IMG/VR virus record: IMGVR_UViG_3300042301_005010
Location: 3,341-67,340 of that record
Reading direction: 5' to 3' (one strand)
Source: a virus
DNA: 64,000 bases
Shown here: in pieces, positions 54,998 through 64,000 of the stretch
Numbering within the stretch: position 1 is the first letter of the stretch
How the letters are laid out: every line of letters begins with the position of its first letter
The notes under the pieces: generated by a model
Told to the model about the DNA's origin: nothing
Database searches by the model: none
What the model saw: the letters and a program-made list of their open reading frames with translations, nothing else
Made by a program: the position numbers and the translations under genes

Positions 54998-56080
54998 ATG
55001 GCGATCGATGGCGAGATCGGCACCCTCACCCTCAGCCGCAGCTGGCCGCGGCCGGTGGTGCTCACCGATGACCTGCTTGATGCCCCCGGCAGCGTGGTGC
55101 GGCTGCGGCTAGAGGAGCCCTGCTTTCTCAACGGCGACCAGGTGCTTATCACCGCACCGCTGGGTGTGCCGTTCGATGTGCTCGGCACCGGTTACGCCAA
55201 CTGTCCCGACGGCCACAGCTTCTGGGGGGATGCCGCCTCCAGTGGGCCGGCCACCCTGCACCGCGTCGGCGCCGATCCGCCCTTTTGGGGCTCTGACGAC
55301 AACGCCACCTTCTGGGACCACCCCGGCACCGTCGGACTGAGCCAGCAGGCCACCGTCTACATCCACCAGGATGCCCTGGAGCGCGCCACCTTCTACAGCC
55401 TCGAGGTGGGTGCGGTGAACGGCGGCGAGCTCAGCCGCCTGCCCCTTCGATTGGTGGGATTCGATCGGCTCATCCTCAGCGTGGCCAGCGACCGCGCCGG
55501 CTATGCCGAGGCCCTGCTGGCCCTGGCCCTCACCATCCCCCGCCCTGAGGAGGTTGAGGCGGGGCTGGAGGACATCGTGCCGGCCCTGCCGCCGGTGATC
55601 CGGGACGCAGGGGCCGCGGCGAATGAGCGGGGCTGGAAGCGGCAGGCGGATCTCTCCAGCTGGGAGGTGGAGACCGACACCACGGCCCTCGACCAGGGGG
55701 CGATCGGCGAGGCCTTCGGAGCGGTCCTCGCCGGCCAGGTGCGAGGTGCCGGGAGCTTCTCTGGAGAGATCAGCAACACCTACCACCCTGGCGTCAGCCC
55801 CAGCTCCGCCATGCTCCGCCTCGACACGCTCACCAAGAAGGGGGGCACCGGCACCATCCGCCTGCTGGTGGCCGATGGGCCCCGGGGCCACTCAAACGGT
55901 GTGTGCTTTATCCGGGAGGAGTGCCTCTTCTATGAGATGGACATCCTCCTGACCAACGTGCGCCTTTCCACCCAGGCCGGCGAAACGAAGAAGATCCGTG
56001 GCCAGTTCGCTTCGATCGGCGACGTGCGCTTCGTCATCGCTGATCGGGAACATCCATTGGCAGCAATGAGCCAGCCCTAG
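54998..56080 (+). CDS. Structural tail protein
   Basis: C-terminal tube-like WE........D....GE.F......G.GSF. Confidence 0.55.
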   Translation: MAIDGEIGTLTLSRSWPRPVVLTDDLLDAPGSVVRLRLEEPCFLNGDQVLITAPLGVPFDVLGTGYANCPDGHSFWGDAASSGPATLHRVGADPPFWGSDDNATFWDHPGTVGLSQQATVYIHQDALERATFYSLEVGAVNGGELSRLPLRLVGFDRLILSVASDRAGYAEALLALALTIPRPEEVEAGLEDIVPALPPVIRDAGAAANERGWKRQADLSSWEVETDTTALDQGAIGEAFGAVLAGQVRGAGSFSGEISNTYHPGVSPSSAMLRLDTLTKKGGTGTIRLLVADGPRGHSNGVCFIREECLFYEMDILLTNVRLSTQAGETKKIRGQFASIGDVRFVIADREHPLAAMSQP

Positions 56081-56103
56081 CCTGACGGCAGCAGCAGCAG
56101 CAC

Positions 56104-59100
56104 ATGGCCCGGATCAGTTTTGCGAATGCCCTCGCCGGCATCCGTAACGCATTCGGACCCGGCGGGCAGCTCCGCGCCAAAGACCAGCTGGCCGCGGTGG
56201 TGGATGCCCTGCTGCAGATGGCGGGCAACGCCAACATCGCCCCGGGCAACAGCGAGCCGGCCGATCCGCTCAACAGCCCGTTCACCATCTATCTCAACCC
56301 GTACACCGGGAGTGATCGTTTCGTCGGCGGTTCTTACAACTGGTTTGAGGAACCGGGCGAGGCCAGCGATCCCTCCAAGATTGCGGCGAAGTTGAAACGC
56401 CTCGAAAACCAGCGGTTGGTTTGCGGCTACAGCAGGCAGGCGCCCTTCCGCACCATCAACCGCGCAGCGATCGAGATCGTTGCGATGACCAGCAAGAACT
56501 TCTTCACGATCAACTCAGAAGAGGCGAACGTCGATTGCCCATCGGTGGAGCTGAGCCCGGGGACGCACATTTTCTACAACGACCCTGGCAATTCCAGCTA
56601 CGCCATCCCGGTGACGGAATGGCCAGCGGCCGGCTTCGATCCGACCCCCAATCACCTGATCGCCTTCAATCCCAACAGCGGCGGCATCGTGTTGCCCCGC
56701 TACGCCACGGCGAGCGCTCCCCTCAGCCTGCGGCAAACCACTGTCAGGCCCTCATACGTGCCGGCCGCGGCGGATGAGGCCGCCGACTACAGCAACCGGG
56801 TGGCGATCCTCAAAATCACCTCAACCAGCTACGTTTACGGGTTCACATTCCGGGATCAGTTCCGTGCCAGCAGCAGTCACCACCTGCTGGACTGCTTTCA
56901 CAACGCCAGTCAGGCGGATCTGGATCAGCTATACACCAAGGTGCGCACCGCCATGGGCGGGGCCAGCAACAGCGGCAACCTCTCCAATGCTCTGGCGGTC
57001 ACCCGGCCTTCCGAATGGCAGACGGTGGGACCGATCAGCGGCAACCCATCCGAGGCCTGGGACACGGTCAAGGGAGCGAGCCCGTACATCTACAACTGCT
57101 CCCTGCGCACCGAATGGGGCATGTCGGGCGTGTTCTGGGATGGCGCACGCCTGGCTGGCCTCAAAAGCCTGGTGGCGGCCCAATTCACCGGCATCAGCCA
57201 GCAACGCGACCTGAGCTGCTGGGAGATCTACCGCTCCGGCGCCTGGCGGGCCCCGGTCAACTACCAGGAGCTGATCGACAGCGAATCCGACGACGTGCGC
57301 ATGAAGCCACGCCGGATGAGCCGACACATCAGCCTGATTAACGATGCGTTCGGCCAGTTGGTGTCGATCTTTGCCATCGGCGCCGGGCGTCACCATTTGG
57401 CGGACAGCGGCGCGCAAATGGAGTTCTCCAACTCAACCTCCAATTTCGGCGGCTGCGTTGCGGTGGCCAAGGGTTACCAGAGCGCCAGCGTGGCCCTGGA
57501 TAGCAACTGGAACCTGCGGCGCCTCAGGGTGGCCCGCAGCGTGGCCGATCAGACGGGCAACATCCGCCGCATCCCGCTGGGCCTTGTCTCGGCCATATCC
57601 GGCAGCAGCATCACCCTGCAGAATCCCCTGGCCGTGGGCGCCGATCCGGCGGTGCCGGCAGTGCTGGCGGCTGGCGGTCACAGCCTGGCCGCAGGCACCT
57701 TGATCTGGATCGAGAACCCCAACGGCGTTGATTGGAGGGCCACCCTCCAAGCAAACGCCTGGAGCAGCGTCACACCCACCGCTATTGCCATCACGGCCGC
57801 CGCCGCCCAGGCCGGCACTGGTGAAGCGATCGGAACTGATGGCGGTGTCTCTCTCGCCGTCGGCCGCAGGGTCTACGTTCGTCGGCTGATTGATACCCGC
57901 TCAAGAGCGCAGCGGCAGGTAACCCTCAAGCTGGCCAACACCACCAGCGCAAGGGTGCCGCTGCGCAATTCCATCATTCAGACCCGTCCTGGCGTTGGCG
58001 GCGGTGGCATCAGCCGCGTCCTCGCCTCCGGCGGCGCCGAGGTGCTGGCCGTCACCCAAACCAACGCCATTCCGGCGGAAGGGAGCGGGGTGGTGCTCTC
58101 GGCAGAGGTCACGCTCCGCCGTTGCTGCCCTGATGAGGTGTATGCCGCCGGGGTCTTCGTTCGCCAGGGCCAGACGGTGAAGCATGGCGGTAAGCACTAC
58201 ACCGCAAAGGGCACCTTCACAACCAGCGGAAGCGTGCCGAATGCTGACCTGTGGCAGCAGAGCTACGTCCAGCAGGAGAGCTCCTACAACGCCGAGGACC
58301 CCACCACGCTGGAAGGGCCGGTTCTGATCTTCGATACCGACACCGACGCTTCCAGCGATGTGACCGCTACCTGCGGGATCAACTGGAGCACCGTCTACAC
58401 CGCCAGCGGCAGCGTGCGCGATCAACTGCGCAGCGCCACCGACTACCGGGGCGCCCTGGCGCTGCTGCTGGCGCTGGGGTTCACCAGCACCGCGGCCCAT
58501 GCCGCCCTGGTGCCGCGCACCGAGGCAAGCCGTGATCTGGATCCAGCAAACGCCACCCATTTCCCCACGGCTCCCAGTGGTGGTGCTGCCAGCGAACGCG
58601 CCAACTGGGCGCTGGAGTTCAGGCAGCCGTCGTTCATTCAGCTGCTGGGTCAGAACCTCAACGGCGTGGGCTTCTGGAACTACTCCCGAGCCTTGCCTCG
58701 CGCTCGCCGCCCGCTCAGTCCCCTCAACGAGTTCAATGCCAACTTCGCCCCCGAGCAGGGCGGCCGGGTGGAGGTGAGGGGGATCAACAAGGATGGGTAT
58801 GAGGTCACCAACCAGGGGCTTGTCAGTACCGACACCGGAGAGGTGGTGGCGGTCGAGGGGATCGGCGCCGAAGGCGATCAATCGCTGCCAACCCAGTTCA
58901 ATGACATAGCAGTTGAAAACCTATCAATCACCGGAACCCTTGATGTCAGCGGGGTGGTTGCACTGGATGGTGGCGAGTCGATAGCGATGCAGACCAACCG
59001 CTACGGCTTTGGCACGCTGGCACCACTGACCGAGCTGTTAAAAACTGGGGCAGCCGCCCCCGTGGCCACCAGTGACGCCGCGATCAACAGCATCCCTGAG

Positions 59101-60894
59101 CTCATCACTGTTCCCGGTCTAAATGCTTGGAAGAATGCGAATCAACTAATTAGTGCGTTGACGGACGAGATTATCATCTATGTCAGCAGCACGGGAGTGG
59201 ATCGCAGTTTGTCTGATATGATAGCATCGCCGCCAACGGCAAAAGGAGCGGCGGTTAGAAGTTTTGGCGCAGCAGCGCAGTACGCTAATTACCTGCTAGC
59301 TGGCAGCGAGGGGACGGCGGTTGTTCGGACCAGTCCTGGCTATTACTACACGACTTGCCGCTGGTCATGCAACGTAAGGTTTGAGGCATGGAATAGCACT
59401 TTTACCGCAATGCCATTCCCAGGCGACAATTTTACTTCGGCTACTATCCCGAATAACTGCTACGACGGCACAGGTTACGACAACCCAAATCTGATTCCGC
59501 AACTGATCCCTTGGCGCCTTTACCTGAATGCTGCCAATGTATCTGGAACAACTCTAGTCAGTGGAGTAGCCAGAGTAAACTCACGTTTCAGCGTATTTCC
59601 TGGGGTAATGTATTTTGAAAAATCAGTTGAATATTTTGGTGGGTTTGCTTTTCTTGGGCTAGCCGAAACAATTAGATATGTTGCAATAAACCCAAGCGAG
59701 GTTGTAAGCAATGGTCAAACAAGGGCTCAGCTTTTAGTGCTTTCGGCTGAACCGGGGCTTTCAACAGCAGCGCAGATCAATGGCTTGAACTATTCAACCA
59801 ATACCTCAACAAACGTTGATCAACTTTTAAGCAGCATCAGGACAGCGACGGCTTACATAGGGTCGTTTGCGGCATTTACCGAAGGAGCCGTAATGGAAGT
59901 AAGCTCGCGGGACTTCGATTTATTCAATCTGCGGGATTGCATTTTTGGCCCTGGCCTGCCACATCACAAGGAGTCCCAGCAAATCTTTTCTTCGCCTTAC
60001 ATTGACATTCGCACCGAAGTTCCAGTTGATGTTGCAAACATATACCTAAGGGGGAATACAACCATAACAAGTGCTGGTATTGGCTGCGCAAGCCCTATTG
60101 ATTCTTCCGGTATTGCTCATTACGGAGCAGCTGTTTCCGCTCCTTGGACGCATAGGCAGTTCTATCATACTTTTATTGGCACCACTTCAACTAACAAAAT
60201 CAATATCAGGAAGTTAGGCGGTTTGGGCGAATTTACAGTACAAAGAACAGGCGCCGGGACCGTAGGGGGTTTGTTTCTTGATTACTACGCTGATCTGACG
60301 GGCAAGCTGCTGCCAAACCATATCCATCTGCTTACTAATAGCACAACGCCGACCGCTCCCAATAGTTTTACTCCAGCAGCGGGCTTGGCTTACCCTGCGG
60401 CAGGGGACAATGACAGCGGACCATTTTTGGATCAGTTCATCCATGCAAAATATGGTATAACTTTCGATTACGTCTGGTTTAATAATTATTCCCGTAACAA
60501 CGCTAGACCAGTGTGGCAGGGATTTCTGGGGCGGTTTGGTTCCAACGGCCATAATAGCGTTAAAACACGAGGCGTTTTACTGGGAAATGCTCAGGGAGAG
60601 ATAGAGGGAGGATGTGAAGTTTTAGCAGGCAACCGCTGGTGGTATGGGGACTCGCCTTTTATGAAGGCTGGCATTATAGATCCAGGTACAGGGATTTCAA
60701 AGGCTCCTTTTGTGCAGGGTTCGGCCACTTTTGGGGAAGCAAATCCTGCTGTCAAAAACAGCGGGACACGGTCTATTACGACAAGAGATAATGGGTCAAC
60801 AACGCTTGATCTGAATATGGGGCTAGTGAACTGGGTTCGGGGCAGCAGCCCTGAATACGGCACCAACATTCGTCCTAGAAATTTCGCCGCCTGA
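56104..60894 (+). CDS. Large tail fibre/tailspike
   Basis: 1596 aa; YLNPYTG.D, PF.TINRA, SPYIYNCS (beta-helix-like); low-GC C-terminal third. Confidence 0.8.
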   Translation: MARISFANALAGIRNAFGPGGQLRAKDQLAAVVDALLQMAGNANIAPGNSEPADPLNSPFTIYLNPYTGSDRFVGGSYNWFEEPGEASDPSKIAAKLKRLENQRLVCGYSRQAPFRTINRAAIEIVAMTSKNFFTINSEEANVDCPSVELSPGTHIFYNDPGNSSYAIPVTEWPAAGFDPTPNHLIAFNPNSGGIVLPRYATASAPLSLRQTTVRPSYVPAAADEAADYSNRVAILKITSTSYVYGFTFRDQFRASSSHHLLDCFHNASQADLDQLYTKVRTAMGGASNSGNLSNALAVTRPSEWQTVGPISGNPSEAWDTVKGASPYIYNCSLRTEWGMSGVFWDGARLAGLKSLVAAQFTGISQQRDLSCWEIYRSGAWRAPVNYQELIDSESDDVRMKPRRMSRHISLINDAFGQLVSIFAIGAGRHHLADSGAQMEFSNSTSNFGGCVAVAKGYQSASVALDSNWNLRRLRVARSVADQTGNIRRIPLGLVSAISGSSITLQNPLAVGADPAVPAVLAAGGHSLAAGTLIWIENPNGVDWRATLQANAWSSVTPTAIAITAAAAQAGTGEAIGTDGGVSLAVGRRVYVRRLIDTRSRAQRQVTLKLANTTSARVPLRNSIIQTRPGVGGGGISRVLASGGAEVLAVTQTNAIPAEGSGVVLSAEVTLRRCCPDEVYAAGVFVRQGQTVKHGGKHYTAKGTFTTSGSVPNADLWQQSYVQQESSYNAEDPTTLEGPVLIFDTDTDASSDVTATCGINWSTVYTASGSVRDQLRSATDYRGALALLLALGFTSTAAHAALVPRTEASRDLDPANATHFPTAPSGGAASERANWALEFRQPSFIQLLGQNLNGVGFWNYSRALPRARRPLSPLNEFNANFAPEQGGRVEVRGINKDGYEVTNQGLVSTDTGEVVAVEGIGAEGDQSLPTQFNDIAVENLSITGTLDVSGVVALDGGESIAMQTNRYGFGTLAPLTELLKTGAAAPVATSDAAINSIPELITVPGLNAWKNANQLISALTDEIIIYVSSTGVDRSLSDMIASPPTAKGAAVRSFGAAAQYANYLLAGSEGTAVVRTSPGYYYTTCRWSCNVRFEAWNSTFTAMPFPGDNFTSATIPNNCYDGTGYDNPNLIPQLIPWRLYLNAANVSGTTLVSGVARVNSRFSVFPGVMYFEKSVEYFGGFAFLGLAETIRYVAINPSEVVSNGQTRAQLLVLSAEPGLSTAAQINGLNYSTNTSTNVDQLLSSIRTATAYIGSFAAFTEGAVMEVSSRDFDLFNLRDCIFGPGLPHHKESQQIFSSPYIDIRTEVPVDVANIYLRGNTTITSAGIGCASPIDSSGIAHYGAAVSAPWTHRQFYHTFIGTTSTNKINIRKLGGLGEFTVQRTGAGTVGGLFLDYYADLTGKLLPNHIHLLTNSTTPTAPNSFTPAAGLAYPAAGDNDSGPFLDQFIHAKYGITFDYVWFNNYSRNNARPVWQGFLGRFGSNGHNSVKTRGVLLGNAQGEIEGGCEVLAGNRWWYGDSPFMKAGIIDPGTGISKAPFVQGSATFGEANPAVKNSGTRSITTRDNGSTTLDLNMGLVNWVRGSSPEYGTNIRPRNFAA

Positions 60895-60896
60895 TC

Positions 60897-61073
60897 ATGC
60901 CACTCCCGTCTGATTCTGACTACATCTGCGCTGCCCCCGAGCATGTGAGGGAACATTCCATTCTCCTTAAACAACTCCTCGCCTCTGGCACCGATCCCTA
61001 CGCCCCTCACTCCTACTCGCCTACTGTCATTTCAATGATTGAAACGAGTCTCGTGGCACCTCCCGAGCAGTAG
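60897..61073 (+). CDS. 58-aa protein after the fibre (possible chaperone)
   Basis: ATG 2 nt after the fibre stop; open to TAG 61073. Confidence 0.5.
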   Translation: MPLPSDSDYICAAPEHVREHSILLKQLLASGTDPYAPHSYSPTVISMIETSLVAPPEQ

Positions 61074-61185
61074 CCAGTCAAACTGCGCTACGACCTGCAG
61101 GACTTCTTGTCGCTGGCGCCATTTTGAAATGGATGGCTGACATTGCGGCCGGCCTAGTCTTTGGATACCCAGAACCAGAGGATCC

Positions 61186-61563
61186 GTGGGCGCATTTGAG
61201 GGGATCGGACTTGTGATTGCAGGCGCCATCCTGCAATGGATAACAGGCATGGTTGCCGAACGCGCCAAAAAAGCGGACGACATCGACAAGAACCTTGCAA
61301 CCGAAGACACCAAATTGCGCGACAAGGTTGCAGAGCTTGACAAGACCAACTCAACGGCCATCGCAACGCTGACGGTCGGCATTGAACACATTGTAGAAGG
61401 GCTGGATGGTATTCGCAGTGACATGCGAGAGCATCGCGATGTTGTATTTAGGCGCCTTGAGCACAATGAAAGCGAAATTAAAGATGTACGAAAGATGGTT
61501 TCACAGTCAGACCTTCGGCTTCAGGCTATTCAGCTACAGTTGAGCGAGGGGAAAGGTCAATGA
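61186..61563 (+). CDS. Membrane-anchored coiled-coil protein (lysis cassette)
   Basis: N-terminal TM, then heptads. Confidence 0.55.
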   Translation: MGAFEGIGLVIAGAILQWITGMVAERAKKADDIDKNLATEDTKLRDKVAELDKTNSTAIATLTVGIEHIVEGLDGIRSDMREHRDVVFRRLEHNESEIKDVRKMVSQSDLRLQAIQLQLSEGKGQ

Positions 61564-61802
61564 GCAAGATTTTTATCATCCCCACCGCCGTCTGGCTGGC
61601 CCTGGCGGGTGTGGCCTTCACCGTGCGCTGTGAGATCTCCCCATCTCTTCCTGGTGGCTGGCCCACTTGCTGGGTGATCGGCGGCAGCGTGGCCGGCGTG
61701 CAGTTTTTCAAAAGGCTGGCGGAAAAAGCCGGCTTCGTGGATGGCTACAACACCTACAACCCGGCATTGCGCCGCAAGGAGGAGGACTCAAATTCCACCT
61801 AG
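61560..61802 (+). CDS. Putative holin
   Basis: 80 aa, two hydrophobic segments, charged C-terminus, upstream of the lysin. Confidence 0.5.
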   Translation: MSKIFIIPTAVWLALAGVAFTVRCEISPSLPGGWPTCWVIGGSVAGVQFFKRLAEKAGFVDGYNTYNPALRRKEEDSNST

Positions 61803-61839
61803 GCCATCACCGCCACCAACCCCATCCTCTAATCCTCTG

Positions 61840-62142
61840 ATGATCGGAATGCTGTTTAAGCCATTGATCCCGTGGTTGTTGCGCCGTCTATTCAGCCTGC
61901 TGCTGCACGCCCTGGGCCGTGATCTGTGCCGGCGACTGCCGCAGGTGTTTGCGTTGATCGACGAGCAGATCATCTCCTCGATGCAGCGCGGCAGCCGATC
62001 CACCCACATGGTGTTTTTCACCTCGGTGCAGCGTGTTGTCCACCGGGATCCCAGCGACATGGAGCTGCGTGTTCTGCAGCTGCTGTTTGATCCATACATT
62101 GCCGCTGAGCACCAGCAACCCACCACCACCGCAGATCGATGA
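61840..62142 (+). CDS. Hypothetical protein
   Basis: ATGA overlap with the lysin. Confidence 0.55.
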   Translation: MIGMLFKPLIPWLLRRLFSLLLHALGRDLCRRLPQVFALIDEQIISSMQRGSRSTHMVFFTSVQRVVHRDPSDMELRVLQLLFDPYIAAEHQQPTTTADR

Positions 62143-62861
62143 CGCTTTCCCTCATGCGTTACGCCCTCCATACGGTGGCGGGCAATTCCAGCCATGAAGC
62201 CTTCTGGCGAGCTGTTGAGGCGATGCTCGCGCCAGAGCAGCTCCAACGGCTCGGCGATGGGGGCGACATCCGCAAGAGCACCTGGCTCAAAACCGCCTCA
62301 AGGCCAGCGACCCAGAACCCATGGGAGAGGGAGATCACGGCCTGCCGGCCTCTCCTTGACCTGATCTACCGCCACGAAGCGGGCGGCTTTGCCAGCCCCT
62401 ACGAGGCCTACAACCGTGGAGGCGCCGGCGACAGCCTCGGCAAGCCCTGGCCTGGCGGCCTCCAGAACCTCACCATCGGCCAGATCAAGATCCTGCAGCG
62501 GGACGGGAAGCTGTTTGCCGTCGGGGCCCCCCAGCTGATCCCTTCCACCCTCCTCGAGCAGCAAGCGCTGGCCGGTCTTTCAGATGCGGATCTGTTCAGT
62601 GCCGTGAACCAGGATCGGCTGACCACCGCCATCCTGCTGCGGGGCAAGCGACCCATGCTGACCCGGTTCCTCCTCCAGGGGACCAATCAGGACGCCGCGA
62701 TCGACGACCTGGCCTTCGAGTGGGCCAGCCTGCCCAACAGCCAGGGCCGGGGCTGGTATGACGGCGACGGAGGCGGGAACAAGGCCAACGGCAGCCTGGC
62801 CGCTGTGATCGGCGCGCTGCAGACCTCCAGAGCCCGGGTGGTGAGCCCAGCCAAGGCCTGA
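62139..62861 (+). CDS. Lysozyme-superfamily endolysin
   Basis: LLDLI...E, Y.AYN, AVG..Q.IP.TL, F....QD.L, LA.EWASLP. Confidence 0.85.
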   Translation: MTLSLMRYALHTVAGNSSHEAFWRAVEAMLAPEQLQRLGDGGDIRKSTWLKTASRPATQNPWEREITACRPLLDLIYRHEAGGFASPYEAYNRGGAGDSLGKPWPGGLQNLTIGQIKILQRDGKLFAVGAPQLIPSTLLEQQALAGLSDADLFSAVNQDRLTTAILLRGKRPMLTRFLLQGTNQDAAIDDLAFEWASLPNSQGRGWYDGDGGGNKANGSLAAVIGALQTSRARVVSPAKA

Positions 62862-63635
62862 TCAGTACCTCCAGAAGTCTGCGGGCCGGGCACCGGCACC
62901 CGGCACGAAGCGGCCGCCCGTGCGGCGATCCAGGTGGATGAAGCCACGATCGCGGCCGTCACCAAAGCCACCGGTCCAGCGCACGATCAGCCAGTCGTAG
63001 AGGACCTGCAGAGGCAGCCCGATCGGGTAGATGTCCATGGCTAGGCCGGACACGTGAAAGCTGTTGGGCACGCCTCCCACCTCCCTGTTGATCGGCTCCG
63101 GGCGGTAGAAGCTGGTCATCCCCAACGGGCGGCCCCAGGCCTGCCGGATCGATTGGAACTCTGCCGCCGTGCCCAGGATCCGGGGGATCACCGAGCTCTG
63201 GGCCGACGGTCGCCGCCGCCGATCAAACTGCAGCACCTCCCCCACCGTCAGGTTTGGCGTCACCAGGGCGTCGAAGTTCCCCCAGTCGATCGCCCCCGGC
63301 TGCAGGAGCAGCGCTGCTGGAGGTGCCGCCGCCGGCGCCTTGGCCTGCAACCGCCGGAAGTGGGGGGAGAACGCATGCCACTGGCCAGCACCATGGCCCA
63401 GCTCCACCAGCTCATGGGCCTGCCCAGGCAATTCTGTGAAGGCCACTACCGGCATCTGGTGCCCCGCAGGCACCATGACCTTCTGATCCTCCGGCAGATC
63501 GGCTGCGGCGGCCGTGCTCTTCTTCAGCCAGGTTTCTTGAACCGCCTGGAAGATGAAGATCACAGGCCTCTGCGGTGCCACAATCGCCTTGCCTTCAGGG
63601 GGGGCCGCAGCGGGCTTGGAGCTGGTTGGCGGCAT
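62862..63635 (-). CDS. Peptidase M15A (D-Ala-D-Ala carboxypeptidase-like)
   Basis: TSFYRP..IN..VGG..NSFH..G.A.D, GFIHLD.R. Confidence 0.9.
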   Translation of the reverse strand: MPPTSSKPAAAPPEGKAIVAPQRPVIFIFQAVQETWLKKSTAAAADLPEDQKVMVPAGHQMPVVAFTELPGQAHELVELGHGAGQWHAFSPHFRRLQAKAPAAAPPAALLLQPGAIDWGNFDALVTPNLTVGEVLQFDRRRRPSAQSSVIPRILGTAAEFQSIRQAWGRPLGMTSFYRPEPINREVGGVPNSFHVSGLAMDIYPIGLPLQVLYDWLIVRWTGGFGDGRDRGFIHLDRRTGGRFVPGAGARPADFWRY

Positions 63636-63659
63636 TGCGAGGCGAGGATGAACCTGGCT

Positions 63660-64000
63660 TCAGTGTGGGCCTGCCTGCCGTGCTACAGCCGCTTCATCGG
63701 TGAGTTGGGCGCGGAGGCGCTGGCGTTCCTCCCATCCCGCACGCGGGTCATACAGCTCGCAATCGACTGCAAAGCCGGGGTTACTGGCTTTCGCATCCGG
63801 CACCTCGTCTTTGCAGGGGTTTGATCCACCACGCCAGCGGCTGCAGTCAAAGCACGAGGGGCCGGTCCTGGCACGCTGCCGCGGGATCTCCGGCCACAGC
63901 CCGGCGTGCGTGTCGCCGCGGCGAACTGCGCACACCGCTTCATGAGAGCAGCCCAGTTGCCTGGCCAGGCTGCAGCTGCTCAACTCCGACAGCAGGATCA
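63660..64000 (-). CDS. HTH plus Cys-rich protein, 5' end outside the window
   Basis: Frame open to the window edge (LILLSELSSCSLARQLGCSHEAV...); CFDC..W...C...C..Y. Confidence 0.7.
   Translation of the reverse strand, partial: ILLSELSSCSLARQLGCSHEAVCAVRRGDTHAGLWPEIPRQRARTGPSCFDCSRWRGGSNPCKDEVPDAKASNPGFAVDCELYDPRAGWEERQRLRAQLTDEAAVARQAGPH

Larger units (their letters stand above)
1..64000. mobile_element. Temperate siphovirus genome (near complete, non-integrated arrangement), probable picocyanobacterial host
   Basis: Contiguous replication, packaging, head, tail, lysis and integration modules with no host housekeeping genes. The integrase is internal. A long tape measure is present and no sheath gene is seen. 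Confidence 0.93.

Noticed and set aside
1-64000. Frequent GATC/CGATCG and GCCGCGGC words as a special repeat system
   Set aside because: Could not be quantified by eye; consistent with host HIP/methylation-site bias and high GC.

Overview
The whole window reads as one near-complete genome of a GC-rich (roughly 65% by eye) temperate siphovirus. The host is inferred to be a freshwater picocyanobacterium (Cyanobium/Synechococcus type). Gene order: leftward ERF recombinase/regulator block; HTH replication initiator with an internal iteron origin; accessory genes (MazG-like, minimal PolX-like, ParB); terminase; inverted LexA-DBD and sigma-70 block; DUF1073 portal; LPD1 protein; MuF-like minor head protein; central attP/integrase/xis; fibre-like genes; ParB-domain polyvalent protein; DUF2213 protease-scaffold; DUF2184 capsid; neck and tail genes (G-GGA-AAG frameshift, tape measure with M23 and SLT domains); large fibre; lysis genes. 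The best candidate for an undescribed system is a head-protein processing/loading code. R-x-D motifs are strongly enriched in the scaffold and sit at the N-termini or domain borders of portal, capsid and two large 'cargo' proteins. The cargo proteins also share a KCxxGYGCGxxCISLxKECR module. Other notable items: templated copies of core-gene fragments (ERF, portal) inside other genes, a 17-bp duplication that frameshifts the ORF coupled to xis, a C4-like structured RNA before a KilA-N gene, a repeated gene-leader element and a recurring putative late promoter. All family calls come from motif recognition by eye; no database search was run.
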